Below are positions 38,401 to 48,836 of a DNA stretch of 64,000 nucleotides, in pieces. Source of the stretch: Antedon mediterranea (Eukaryota > Animalia > Echinodermata). How positions within the stretch are numbered: the first letter of the stretch is position 1; the number at the start of each line of letters is the position of its first letter. The DNA lies in contig NC_092673.1 in assembly GCF_964355755.1 (NCBI RefSeq), forward strand, positions 16,030,948 to 16,094,947, in the 5' to 3' direction. The position numbers and the translations under genes are program-made. A model generated the notes under the pieces. It did not search any database and was not told the DNA's origin. It was given only the letters and a program-made list of their open reading frames with translations.

Positions 38401-39509
38401 TTGTTCACACAATATCAGCTTAGATAATTAAACTTTCCAAAATGTTATCACAAATGTTCGTTTAAAGTTTATATGAATGTTTCTATGTAATAGTCAGCAG
38501 TTATCGTATAGCATATACTTAAAGACGTATTGTCCCCCAAAAACATGAAAAATGAAGATTAATTAAATCAGACTTTGAATAGGTTATTATGTAGTTTTAA
38601 AAAAGTAAATCACTTCCGAAGAAAAAAAACGGGAAAAAATAATGTTTTCACTTATAAAATAACATGATAAATGGTTAAATTCAACCAAAAATCCATTGGC
38701 TGGCAGCCAATTTGACCATTTTTTGCTTTAACTTCCAGTTTTTTCAGGTAAATAATTTTGTTTTCGATCCAATTTTTGGTCAAAGTCAATAACTATTAGT
38801 GACATTAAAATGGCATATTCAACAACAAAAATTTAAAAAAAATATTTTCAGGGGGACAATACATCTTTAAATCAACAAACATCCAAACTATTTATTTTTT
38901 ATTTAATCAAATTTATTTAATTTTAACATAATATTAAATGTTTTAGGTTTAACTGTGTTCATACTTTATTAAGGGTTAGGGTGTTTAATTGTTTAATTAT
39001 TTCTCACCATATCTATTACTTAATGAGCTTACTTTGTTGTTATTTCAGGTATGCATCATGGCGGGTAAGTATTTTCCACATATGTACTGTTATTTGATCA
39101 AATTAATTTTGTTAATAAATTGGCACTTTGTGTGTGTGATTTACAGAATACATTAAACTTTTATTTTCATTTCATTTATTTTGCCATATAGAATGTATAA
39201 AAAAACAATTAAAAGAAAACAAAATCAATAAAAAAGAAAAAGGTTACTCTCTGCCTCCCCACAAAGGCCGACAGGATTACCAAAAGCATAAGTAAACACT
39301 GTCTAGTGGCTCTTGTCAAGGTCAATACAGGGCTGGTGCTAATCAACTAAAGCATGTTTTCTAGTCTACGTTATTCAATTTCAACACGAAAGCAATCAAA
39401 TTGAAAGAAACAACAATTTTAATGTTAATACTTTATTAGAATTTTAATTATTTAATTGTACCTTGTTATTTCTAGTCAAAAGGAAAAGAGACGTTGCAAG
39501 TTGTTATAA
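7992..39509 (+). CDS. Gene 1: ankyrin repeat-Roc-COR-tandem DED-CaaX (Roco family) protein, multi-exon, up to about 1337 aa
   Basis: Manual GT-AG splicing gives a phase-consistent frame: 7992-7999, 8390-8483, 9312-9416, 9636-9746, 9966-10076, 10296-10403, 10623-10727, 10947-11051, 17679-17763, 25073-25165, 25532-25691, 25988-26073, 26407-26471, 26772-26865 (or 26914-27010), 28694-28848, 29923-30012, 30189-30368, 30532-30789, 31154-31351, 32074-32268, 32461-32766, 32931-33002, 33689-33902, 35921-35953, 36114-36650, 37699-38094 (extent uncertain), 39049-39064, 39476-39509. The sum is 4014 nt, divisible by 3. Motifs: TPLH ankyrins, GQEGVGKT, TDGI, WDHGGQ, VGTHK, and COR LNFLYDLGEIVY/VVLDP. Confidence 0.88.
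8621..9106 (+). repeat. 71-bp tandem repeat, about 7 copies
   Basis: Unit cacactgatgatggaggtataacctgcatgtactgattaaccacattaggctaaaaataataatataaata. It directly abuts the ankyrin array. Confidence 0.95.
9312..9416 (+). CDS. Ankyrin cassette exon 1: DGNTPLHSYLERGYPTLAIVTCLIQHGAPATLQNK
   Basis: ttccag|...AATAAG|gtaatg, 105 nt, phase 0-0, matches the ankyrin consensus G-x-TPLH...IV..L...GA. Confidence 0.9.
9636..9746 (+). CDS. Ankyrin cassette exon 2: DGDTLLHIYLWGRYTAPNLEIVTCLIQHGVPVALQNK
   Basis: 111 nt, phase 0-0, same splice sites. Confidence 0.88.
9966..10076 (+). CDS. Ankyrin cassette exon 3: DGDTLLHIYLWGRYTAPTLEIVTCLIQHGVPVALQNK
   Basis: 111 nt, phase 0-0, same splice sites. Confidence 0.88.
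10296..10403 (+). CDS. Ankyrin cassette exon 4: YGYTPLHTYLENGYTPTLEIVTCLIQHGVPVALQNK
   Basis: 108 nt, phase 0-0, same splice sites. Confidence 0.88.
10623..10727 (+). CDS. Ankyrin cassette exon 5: NGNTPLHSYLKRGYPTLAIVTCLIQHGAPATLQNK
   Basis: 105 nt, phase 0-0, same splice sites. Confidence 0.88.
10947..11051 (+). CDS. Ankyrin cassette exon 6: DGDTPLHIHLKYEYPYLEIVKCLIQHGSPVALQNK
   Basis: 105 nt, phase 0-0, same splice sites. Confidence 0.88.
12406..15746 (+). pseudogene. Ankyrin pseudo-exon 7 (12406-12494 plus 15725-15746), with an in-frame stop and split by a transposon
   Basis: Reads DGNPLLHDYLGNEYTPTLEIVTCLI* with CAG>TAG at 12481-12483. The exon end ACCAGTAGCATTGCAAAATAAG|gtaatg resumes at 15725. 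Confidence 0.9.
12495..15724. mobile_element. Non-autonomous long-TIR DNA transposon, Academ-like (TAG...CTA ends, 3-bp TSD ACC)
   Basis: Ends are TAGTATCCC and GGGATACTA. Inverted arms of about 700-800 bp are built from subrepeats of about 120 bp (aaaatggccgccat). A further inverted segment pairs about 13440-13700 with 14560-14780. ACC is duplicated at both flanks. No intact transposase is seen; the superfamily call is from recalled end/TSD rules. Confidence 0.75.
17163..17184 (+). pseudogene. Remnant of ankyrin cassette 8 (acceptor and 5' part deleted)
   Basis: The intron motif gttgtcagtatta is joined almost directly to caccagcaacattgcaaagaag|gtaatgtacagggatt. Confidence 0.8.
17679..17763 (+). 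CDS. Ankyrin C-cap exon: DGNTLVSVLESNGWIEEQSKTEILNFLE
   Basis: aatag|...G|gtaagt, 85 nt, phase 0-1. An equivalent 85-nt exon lies at 60836-60920. Confidence 0.82.
21306..22561. mobile_element. TIR element with TTA TSD (Zator/Harbinger-like) containing a truncated copy of the 6479-7813 element
   Basis: tta-GGCCAAATAAAAAAATATACTTGTTAAGCGTCAC ... GTGACGCTTAACAAGTATGTTTTTTTATTTGGCC-tta. Confidence 0.8.
22663..23282. mobile_element. MITE with TTAA TSD and AG...CT ends (Kolobok-like)
   Basis: ttaa-AGCCCCATTCCCT ... AGGGAAGGGGTCT-ttaa. Confidence 0.7.
25532..30789 (+). CDS. Roc GTPase domain exons of gene 1
   Basis: G1 GQEGVGKT (25532-25691), G2 TDGI (25988-26073), G3 IWDHGGQ (28694-28848), ALYIVVFDLSKPLD (29923-30012), G4 ILIVGTHKG (30189-30368), G5-like FAIENS (30532-30789). 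Confidence 0.92.
26914..27010 (+). CDS. Duplicated alternative acidic exon IDMKPPTDDDGIVVDDNNDDYKTDDNNDYNND (paralogous to 26772-26865)
   Basis: Intact tag| and |gtatgt sites, phase 0-1 like its twin, and only 48 nt downstream of it. Confidence 0.75.
27312..28135 (+). mobile_element. DINE/HINE-like (Helentron-associated) non-autonomous element, nested in a TTAA MITE (about 27112-28222)
   Basis: TTTTTAGTCGCGTG ... (GTCT/GTCG)n blocks ... CACGCGAC ... GGCTGTTGGCC hairpin, then TTGTTTTT. The flanks match the 38523-38866 MITE. Confidence 0.75.
31154..33902 (+). CDS. COR domain exons of gene 1
   Basis: LLNFLYDLGEIVYMPDNKLLRNKVVLDPLRLVEIVTKFV; GILEEDLLRKLW; LMIQFGFIC; FFVPLRL; YYDFEGYLPDVLFPYLI; Cys/His-rich end (CIPCRC..H..C..C). 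Confidence 0.88.
31638..31937. mobile_element. piggyBac-type MITE (300 bp)
   Basis: ttaa-CCCTTTCACTG ... CAGTGAAAGGG-ttaa. Confidence 0.85.
34140..35562 (+). repeat. 88-bp intronic tandem repeat, about 16 copies
   Basis: Unit accagtagtagtactatcagaatcattattgataatctatacattgttacaacatgctgctattagctgtgatatcttcattcctctt. Confidence 0.95.
36114..36650 (+). CDS. Single exon encoding tandem death-effector-domain-like (death fold) units
   Basis: 537 nt, phase 1-1. Two helical units of about 85 aa: LKVLYKDHL...VWDLLQDLRASGSLGPSNLTILYD and FRQKVYQLGVKLTKDEVSTLARLF...MIMDFEHRGII, resembling the DED pattern FRxxLxxIxxxLxxxE...LF. Confidence 0.72.
37683..38094 (+). repeat. 18-bp tandem repeat GTGTGTCTTCTGGTGCAG (about 22 units), probable coding linker (GVSSGA)n
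   Basis: Near-perfect array. The frame is compatible with the phase-1 flanking exons and ends LSSDT G|gtgaat at 38094. Confidence 0.85.
38523..38866. mobile_element. MITE with TTAA TSD (Kolobok-like); relatives at about 27112-28222 and, inverted, about 57652-57968
   Basis: ttaa-AGACGTATTGTCCCC ... GGGGACAATACATCT-ttaa. Confidence 0.82.
39049..39509 (+). CDS. Terminal micro-exons (39049-39064, 39476-39509) encoding GMHHGGQKEKRRCKLL*
   Basis: Junctions tttcag|GTATGCATCATGGCGG|gtaagt and tctag|TCAAAAGG...TTATAAG|gtatag. Phases 1 and 2 fit, and the product ends in basic residues plus a CaaX box. Confidence 0.72.
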
Positions 39510-39660
39510 GGTATAGTATTTAACTTTAAATTTGAATTTGTTTCTAAAGTCATGCATTTTTTTTTGCATTGTTTTTCTATTCAAAGACTAATGTAATTTC
39601 AAAATATAAGAAATCATTTGTCTTTTTTCCTTTTACAAAACCTATAAATGCTTTTTGTTG

Positions 39661-42600
39661 TAGTCATTTGCAGTATTTTAAAACAACTTAGACAAAATAG
39701 AAATCACTCAAGAATATTAGTCATTTACAGTATTTTAAAACAACTTAGACAAAATAGAAAGCACTCAAGAATATTAGTCATTTACAGTATTTTAAAACAA
39801 CTTAGACAAAATAGAAAGCAATCAAGAATATTAGTCATTTGCAGTATTTTAAAACAACTTAGACAAAATAGAAAGCACTCAAGAATATTAGTCATTTACA
39901 GTATTTTAAAACAACTTAGACAAAATAGAAAGCACTCAAGAATATTAGTCATTTGTAGTATTTTAAAACAACTTAGACAAAATAGAAAGCAATCAAGAAT
40001 ATTAGTCATTTGCAGTATTTTAAAACAACTTAGACAAAATAGAAAGCACTCAAGAATATTAGTCATTTGCAGTATTTTAAAACAACTTAGACAAAATAGA
40101 AATCACTCAAGAATATTAGTCATTTGCAGTATTTTAAAACAACTTAGACAAAATAGAAAGCACTCAAGAATATTAGTCATTTGCAGTATTTTAAAACAAC
40201 TTAGACAAAATAGAAAGCACTCAAGAATATTAGTCATTTGTAGTATTTTAAAACAACTTAGACAAAATAGAAAGCAATCAAGAATATTAGTCATTTGCAG
40301 TATTTTAAAACAACTTAGACAAAATAGAAAGCACTCAAGAATATTAGTCATTTACAGTATTTTAAAACAACTTAGACAAAATAGAAAGCAATCAAGAATA
40401 TTAGTCATTTGCAGTATTTTAAAACAACTTAGACAAAATAGAAAGCACTCAAGAATATTAGTCATTTGCAGTATTTTAAAACAACTTAGACAAAATAGAA
40501 AGCACTCAAGAATATTAGTCATTTGCAGTATTTTAAAACAACTTAGACAAAATAGAAAGCACTCAAGAATATTAGTCATTTGCAGTATTTTAAAACAACT
40601 TAGACAAAATAGAAAGCACTCAAGAATATTAGTCATTTGCAGTATTTTAAAACAACTTAGACAAAATAGAAATCACTCAAGAATATTAGTCATTTGCAGT
40701 ATTTTAAAACAGCTTAGACAAAATAGAAAGCAATCAAGAATATTAGTCATTTGCAGTATTTTAAAACAACTTAGACAAAATAGAAAGCACTCAAGAATAT
40801 TAGTCATTTGCAGTATTTTAAAACAACTTAGACAAAATAGAAATCACTCAAGAATATTAGTCATTTGCAGTATTTTAAAACAACTTAGACAAAATAGAAA
40901 GCACTCAAGAATATTAGTCATTTGCAGTATTTTAAAACAACTTAGACAAAATAGAAAGCAATCAAGAATATTAGTCATTTGCAGTATTTTAAAACAACTT
41001 AGACAAAATAGAAAGCACTCAAGAATATTAGTCATTTGCAGTATTTTAAAACAACTTAGACAAAATAGAAAGCACTCAAGAATATTAGTCATTTGCAGTA
41101 TTTTAAAACAACTTAGACAAAATAGAAATCACTCAAGAATATTAGTCATTTGTAGTATTTTAAAACAACTTAGACAAAATAGAAAGCAATCAAGAATATT
41201 AGTCATTTGCAGTATTTTAAAACAACTTAGACAAAATAGAAATCACTCAAGAATATTAGTCATTTACAGTATTTTAAAACAACTTAGACAAAATAGAAAG
41301 CACTCAAGAATATTAGTCATTTGCAGTATTTTAAAACAACTTAGACAAAATAGAAAGCACTCAAGAATATTAGTCATTTGCAGTATTTTAAAACAACTTA
41401 GACAAAATAGAAAGCACTCAAGAATATTAGTCATTTGTAGTATTTTAAAACAACTTAGACAAAATAGAAAGCAATCAAGAATATTAGTCATTTGCAGTAT
41501 TTTAAAACAACTTAGACAAAATAGAAAGCACTCAAGAATATTAGTCATTTACAGTATTTTAAAACAACTTAGACAAAATAGAAATCACTCAAGAATATTA
41601 GTCATTTGCAGTATTTTAAAACAACTTAGACAAAATAGAAAGCACTCAAGAATATTAGTCATTTGCAGTATTTTAAAACAACTTAGACAAAATAGAAAGC
41701 ACTCAAGAATATTAGTCATTTGCAGTATTTTAAAACAACTTAGACAAAATAGAAAGCACTCAAGAATATTAGTCATTTGCAGTATTTTAAAACAACTTAG
41801 ACAAAATAGAAAGCAATCAAGAATATTAGTCATTTGCAGTATTTTAAAACAACTTAGACAAAATAGAAAGCACTCAAGAATATTAGTCATTTGCAGTATT
41901 TTAAAACAACTTAGACAAAATAGAAAGCAATCAAGAATATTAGTCATTTGCAGTATTTTAAAACAACTTAGACAAAATAGAAAGCACTCAAGAATATTAG
42001 TCATTTGCAGTATTTTAAAACAACTTTAAATGAAAGCACTCAAGAATATTAGTCATTTGCAGTATTTTAAAACAACTTTAAATGAAAGCAATCAAGAATA
42101 TTAGTCATTTGCAGTATTTTAAAACAACTTAGACAAAATAGAAAGCACTCAAGAATATTAGTCATTTACAGTATTTTAAAACAACTTAGACAAAATAGAA
42201 AGCAATCAAGAATATTAGTCATTTGCAGTATTTTAAAACAACTTAGACAAAATAGAAAGCAATCAAGAATATTAGTCATTTGCAGTATTTTAAAACAACT
42301 TAGACAAAATAGAAAGCACTCAAGAATATTAGTCATTTGCAGTATTTTAAAACAACTTAGACAAAATAGAAATCACTCAAGAATATTAGTCATTTGCAGT
42401 ATTTTAAAACAACTTAGACAAAATAGAAAGCACTCAAGAATATTAGTCATTTGCAGTATTTTAAAACAACTTAGACAAAATAGAAAGCAATCAAGAATAT
42501 TAGTCATTTGCAGTATTTTAAAACAACTTAGACAAAATAGAAAGCACTCAAGAATATTAGTCATTTACAGTATTTTAAAACAACTTAGACAAAATAGAAA

Positions 42601-43835
42601 GCACTCAAGAATAATTATTAGTCATTTGCAGTATTTTAAAACAACTTAGACAAAATAGAAAGCAATCAAGAATATTAGTCATTTGCAGTATTTTAAAACA
42701 ACTTAGACAAAATAGAAAGCACTCAAGAATAATTATTAGTCATTTGCAGTATTTTAAAACAACTTAGACAAAATAGAAAGTACTCAAGAATATTAGTCAT
42801 TTGCAGTATTTTAAAACAACTTAGACAAAATAGAAAGCACTCAAGAATATTAGTCATTTGCAGTATTTTAAAACAACTTAGACAAAATAGAAAGCAATCA
42901 AGAATATTAGTCATTTGCAGTATTTTAAAACAACTTAGACAAAATAGAAAGCACTCAAGAATATTAGTCATTTACAGTATTTTAAAACAACTTAGACAAA
43001 ATAGAAAGCACTCAAGAATAATTATTAGTCATTTGCAGTATTTTAAAACAACTTAGACAAAATAGAAAGCAATCAAGAATATTAGTCATTTGCAGTATTT
43101 TAAAACAACTTAGACAAAATAGAAAGCACTCAAGAATAATTATTAGTCATTTGCAGTATTTTAAAACAACTTAGACAAAATAGAAAGCACTCAAGAATAT
43201 TAGTCATTTGCAGTATTTTAAAACAACTTAGACAAAATAGAAAGCACTCAAGAATATTAGTCATTTGCAGTATTTTAAAACAACTTAGACAAAATAGAAA
43301 TCACTCAAGAATATTAGTCATTTGCAGTATTTTAAAACAACTTAGACAAAATAGAAAGCACTCAAGAATATTAGTCATTTGCAGTATTTTAAAACAACTT
43401 AGACAAAATAGAAAGCACTCAAGAATATTAGTCATTTGCAGTATTTTAAAACAACTTAGACAAAATAGAAAGCACTCAAGAATATTAGTCATTTGCAGTA
43501 TTTTAAAACAACTTAGACAAAATAGAAAGCACTCAAGAATATTAGTCATTTGCAGTATTTTAAAACAACTTAGACAAAATAGAAAGCACTCAAGAATAAT
43601 TATTAGTCATTTGCAGTATTTTAAAACAACTTAGACAAAATAGAAAGCAATCAAGAATATTAGTCATTTGCAGTATTTTAAAACAACTTAGACAAAATAG
43701 AAAGCACTCAAGAATAATTATTAGTCATTTGCAGTATTTTAAAACAACTTAGACAAAATAGAAAGCAATCAAGAATATTAGTCATTTGCAGTATTTTAAA
43801 ACAACTTAGACAAAATAGAAAGCAATCAAGAATAT
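39661..43835 (+). repeat. 57-bp satellite, about 73 copies, in the intron following the stop-codon exon
   Basis: Unit tagtcatttgcagtattttaaaacaacttagacaaaatagaaagcactcaagaatat. It lies between the donor at 39511 and a candidate acceptor at 43876. Confidence 0.97.
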
Positions 43836-44436
43836 TTTTTTAAAGATAGAATGTATGAAACATTTTTCTCTTTTAGATTACTGGTTGGTAGTTCCTATAT
43901 ATATGATGGATTAACTGCTGTTGGTGGCTGCAGTATCTGGTGTGTACATAAGAAAGTGACCAAGTCTCTTACTCAGTCAAAAAATGCAACAGATGACAGA
44001 AAAACAGTACACTCTTCACCAATCTAACAGTAGATTTCATACATTTTAAAGGCATTGTATGGATAATATCGAAGATAGATGTGAAATGATAAAGATGTGA
44101 AAGCCTATGGAAGTTTTGACACAATGACAAATGACTAAAGATCCAGGGAGTTATTGCCATCTAAGTCAAATTCACAATCCGCTACAATCCAGTCAGCTTT
44201 CTTAAAACAGAACTTTACAAATTTCAGTTTTTTACCGTTCCAAATTCTATTATTGATTTTATAAAAAGAATAAAAAAAGAAAATTAGACTTTTTAGTTTG
44301 CCTCAAGGAAATTGTGTAATTGACCAAAAAAGGACCAAAGAAAAAAGAAATCATTAAATGAAATAAAGTAGGTAATGCAATGCCAGTATTATGTATGTAA
44401 ATAATATATCATGTTTGTTTAGCTTGACATGTCGTA

Positions 44437-45541
44437 ATAGACAGTTGTCAACATATTGAAGCTGTAACTCAGTTGTCAATTGTGTACTCAATGCTGTAGC
44501 AGACAGTTGTCAACATATTGAAGCTGTAACTCAGTTGTCAATTGTGTACTCAATGCTGTAGTAAACAGTTGTCAACATATTGAAGCTGTAACTCAGTTGT
44601 CAATTGTGTACTCAATGCTGTAGTAGACAGTTGTCAACATATTGAAGCTGTAACTCAGTTGTCAATTGTGTACTCAATGCTGTACTAAACAGTTGTCAAC
44701 ATATTGAAGCTGTAACTCAGTTGTCAATTGTGTACTCAATGCTGTAGTAGACAGTTGTCAACATATTGAAGCTGTAACTCAGTTGTCAATTGTGTACTCA
44801 ATGCTGTAGTAGACAGTTGTCAACATATTGAAGCTGTAACTCAGTTGTCAATTGTGTACTCAATGCTGTAGTAGACAGTTGTCAACATATTGAAGCTGTA
44901 ACTCAGTTGTCAATTGTGTACTCAATGCCGTAGTAGACAGTTGTCAACAAATTGAAGCTGTAACTCAGTTGTCAATCGTGTACTCAATGCTGTAGTAGAC
45001 AGTTGTCAACATATTGAAGCTGTAACTCAGTTGTCAATTGTGTATTCAATGCTGTAGTAGACATTTGTCATCATATTGAAGCTGTAACTCAGTTGTCAAT
45101 TGTGTACTCAATGCTGTAGTAGACAGTTGTCAACATATTGAAGCTGTAACTCAGTTGTCAATTGTGTACTCAATGCTGTAGTAGACAGTTGCCATCATAT
45201 TGAAGCTGTAACTCAGTTGTCAATTGTCTACTCAATGCTGTAGTAGACAGTTGTCAACATATTGAAGCTGTAACTCAGTTGTCAATTGTGTACTCAATGC
45301 TGTAGTAGACAGTTGTCATCATATTGAAGCTGTAACTCAGTTGTCAATTGTGTACTCAATGCTGTAGTAGACAGTTGTCATCATATTGAAGCTGTAACTC
45401 AGTTGTCAATTGTGTACTCAATGCTGTAGTAGAGTTGTCAACATATTAAAGCTGTAACTCAGTTGTCAATTGTCTACTCAATGCCGTAGTAGACAGTTGT
45501 CAACATATTGAAGCTGTAACTCAGTTGTCAATTGTCTACTC
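44437..45541 (+). repeat. 62-bp tandem repeat, about 18 copies
   Basis: Unit agacagttgtcaacatattgaagctgtaactcagttgtcaattgtgtactcaatgctgtagt. Confidence 0.95.
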
Positions 45542-46054
45542 ATTTATTTGTCATTTTATATTGAAAACCAATTGCTCTTACTATTTGAAAGTGGACAGAC
45601 AGACATGCTTACTCTTTTTATATGATTACAGTTTAGATATCTGAAGTTACATAATTAGCATACACCTTTTGATTAGTAGAAAGTTAGATAATTAGCATAC
45701 ACATTTTGATTGGTAGGATAAGGGAACAAAAAGTGGGGTTTTTTCAAATATTGATACAATTAGAGATGCCCCTACAATCTCAATTTTGTTCAAAGTGTAT
45801 ATTGCAGCTATAAACATTTTAAAGTAAAGTAATAATTTGATAAATGAAAAAAAAATTCAAATTAATAAGGGGACGCGACGGGGTATGGGGGAAGCAATTA
45901 GGTGTTTGATATAATGATACTGATGATAATAATGTTGCTATTTGTTTGTATTAATAACTACAGTAGTAATTGTATTTTAAATCAAGATATCATATAATAA
46001 TTAGACCCATGACAATCTAGGTGCATTGTAACCAAGACAACAACATTTTCCACT

Positions 46055-46720
46055 CAACACAGTTTGTTGTGGATAAATCCAAAAGCTGTAGGAATCACTG
46101 TATTTATAGTACAGGGATTTTAACAACACAATTTGTTGTGGATAAATCTAAAACCTGTAGAAATCACTGTATTTATAGTACAGGGATTTTAACAACAAAA
46201 TTTGTTGTGGATAAATCCAAAAGCTGTAGGAATCCCTGTATTTATAGTACAGGGATTTTAACAACACAATTTGTTGTGGATAAATCTAAAAGCTGTAGGA
46301 ATCACTGTATTTATAGTACAGGGATTTTAACAACACAATTTGTTGTGGATAAATCTAAAAGCTGTAGGAATCCCTGTATTTATAGTACAGGGATTTTAAC
46401 AACACAATTTGTTGTGGATAAATCCAAAAGCTGTAGGAATCCCTGTATTTATAGTACAGGGATTTTGACAACACAATTTGTTGTGGATAAATCTAAAAGC
46501 TGTAGGAATCACTGTATTTATAGTACAGCGATTTTAACAACACAATTTGTTGTGGATAAATCTGAAAGCTGTAGGAATCACTGTATTTATAGTACAGGGA
46601 TTTTAACAACACAATTTGTTGTGGATAAATCTAAAAGCTGTAGGAATCACTGTATTTATAGTACAGGGATTTTAACAACACAATTTGTTGTGGATAAATC
46701 TAAAAGCTGTACAGGGATTT
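46055..46720 (+). repeat. 69-bp tandem repeat, about 9.5 copies
   Basis: Unit caacacaatttgttgtggataaatctaaaagctgtaggaatcactgtatttatagtacagggattttaa. Confidence 0.95.
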
Positions 46721-47457
46721 TTACGAAAAATGACCAAATTGATAATGATAACTGTTAATGATGTGCAATTGTCAGTCTGTGTTAACTGTCACCCTTTTTA
46801 GTTCATATTTTGCGATATCAATGTTGTCATTCTTCATGCTGCATTTTGGTTAAAGTTTGGCCTACTGTAATTAATAGGCCTACAATAAATATAATAAGTC
46901 AATTCACATTAATATTTTGTTCTTTCTTTTCTAAGTTTGTAAAATTACAAAAAACAAAACATGACAAACATATATGTGTTTGTTCTGTTTTTTTGTTGTA
47001 ATTTTGAACAAATTTACATTACTTATAAATAACTAACATGTGCATATTATGCAAGTACAGAACGATGTTTAAATATGATGAATTGAATAAATTGTAAATT
47101 TTTTTGTACAGAACTGAATTATATTTTTTATATGAATGAATTTTCTAATACCTATTTGTTAAAAATGAAATGTTCTATATTTTGATATTTTTCACTTTTA
47201 ATTCAATTTTGTAAATTAAAACTCAATTAAGTATTTATGCTGCTGTGTTTTAATGTTTATATTCATATTTTTTAAATAAATACTAATGAATGAAAAGCTT
47301 TTTGTTTGTTTGTAAGGATTGTGTGTTTGTTTGGAAGGGGGAGATTTTAACATCGAGGATATCATTATACTGTATCAAAATGTACGTGCTTTGCTATTCA
47401 TCGTATATTATACAAAATATCCATTCCACCAATCCAGAGAGTAATAAAGTTCTTCGA

Positions 47458-48308
47458 TATAACCAAAGAATATATATCACAAGAATGAGTAATCCGCGAT
47501 TTTCCCTGTAACAGTAATATTGTCCATGTGGTAGGGCGCCGCCATAAGTGTGGATATATCTGGGATGTATACAACTTTTTGTAACGGTTTCACTAATCAA
47601 AGGCTGGACCACCGGTAGTATTTTCATGATAAAAAATGTTATCAACTACATGCCAACATCATGTTAAATACTATTTGGATATTTAATTGTTCGTTTTATG
47701 CAATTTATTTAGTAAAAACTGCCGTATAAACAGTTTGCTTTATCAACCGGGCGCTACGATAGCATGACCGGGCGTGTTGCTGTTTACGCGTTTTCACGAA
47801 GGATAGTTTAATACTATTCCTATATTTAACTTGTTTCTGGTAAAACAAATAAATGTTAATGACATTTAACATTTTGTCCTATTAATAACATGTATTTTAT
47901 ACTAATTTATATCATAAAAACAATACTTAATTTACCGGGCGTAGAGTAGTACACGGCAATGGTAAAGAATAGGCCGTGCTGAGTAACGATTCGTTGATTT
48001 TGGTGTTGCTGTGTTAGGCCTTTTTTGTGAACTAACTTAGCATGTTAGTAAATAATTATCTGTAAAAGTGAATGTACACTAGTTTGTTAATAAATATGTA
48101 TTATAAAATAGTTTACAATTGCAAAAACTATTATCATAATTAATTCTATTTAATGTGACATGTATAATATCTATTAAATCAAGTCTTATTTAGTATGTAT
48201 ACATCCGCCCTTATGAGGGCGGGCATCACTCACTGGAGCTCTCTGTTACAAATTTCTCATGCAAAAATCGCGGAATACTCATTCTTGTGATATATATTCT
48301 TTGATATA
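47458..48308. mobile_element. MITE with TIRs of about 45 bp
   Basis: caaagaatatatatcacaagaatgagtaatccgcgattt pairs with aaatcgcggaatactcattcttgtgatatatattctttg. Confidence 0.75.
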
Positions 48309-48836
48309 ACACAGCGATAATGTTACGTAGACAAATGGTGGTTGCGCCCTCTATAAAAAATAAAAGTTTATTCACCCACCACCAACAAACCACTCACAAC
48401 ATGTCGAAGAATGTCAAACACAAGAAGTAAGTTTTTGTTTCATTATTATCATATACGGTATACGGTATATTATCCTAGGCCTACCTACTTAGTACTATAT
48501 TATATCAGCCTAGATAGGCCTATAGGCTAGGCTAGTTCTAAGTAGCTGGGGCAGGCCCTAAGCCCTACCTCTAGCTATCAAAGGCTTTTTTAGTGGGCCT
48601 AGAGGCCTAGGCCTAGGGCCTAGGTGTTTTCCGATCGTGGTATACACTGTCTAATGGATGTCCTCATGAAAAATACCTGTACACAATAATACGAGGATAC
48701 TTCGCATTTTCCTATCTCCTCCTACGATAATTGTTTTTAATAGCTGAAAACCGGTTGAACAGCTCGAGTAGAGTATCATAATGTTGAAGACAGGCCGATT
48801 TTCTTAAAAAAATACTATTTTGATAGATTTAATATA

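Noticed and set aside
7992-39509. Calling gene 1 DAPK1, LRRK or MFHAS1
   Set aside because: No kinase or LRR exons were found and the architecture differs, so no gene symbol is assigned.
39648-42029. 793-aa ORF and the antisense MTNILECF ORFs
   Set aside because: These arise because the 57-bp unit is a multiple of 3 and lacks a stop in that frame. The array lies after the gene 1 stop codon and shows no domain signal.
46021-46758. 245-aa Cys/His repeat ORF resembling a zinc-finger array
   Set aside because: It is a 69-bp tandem repeat with a non-ATG start, no valid zinc-finger spacing and no clear splice context.
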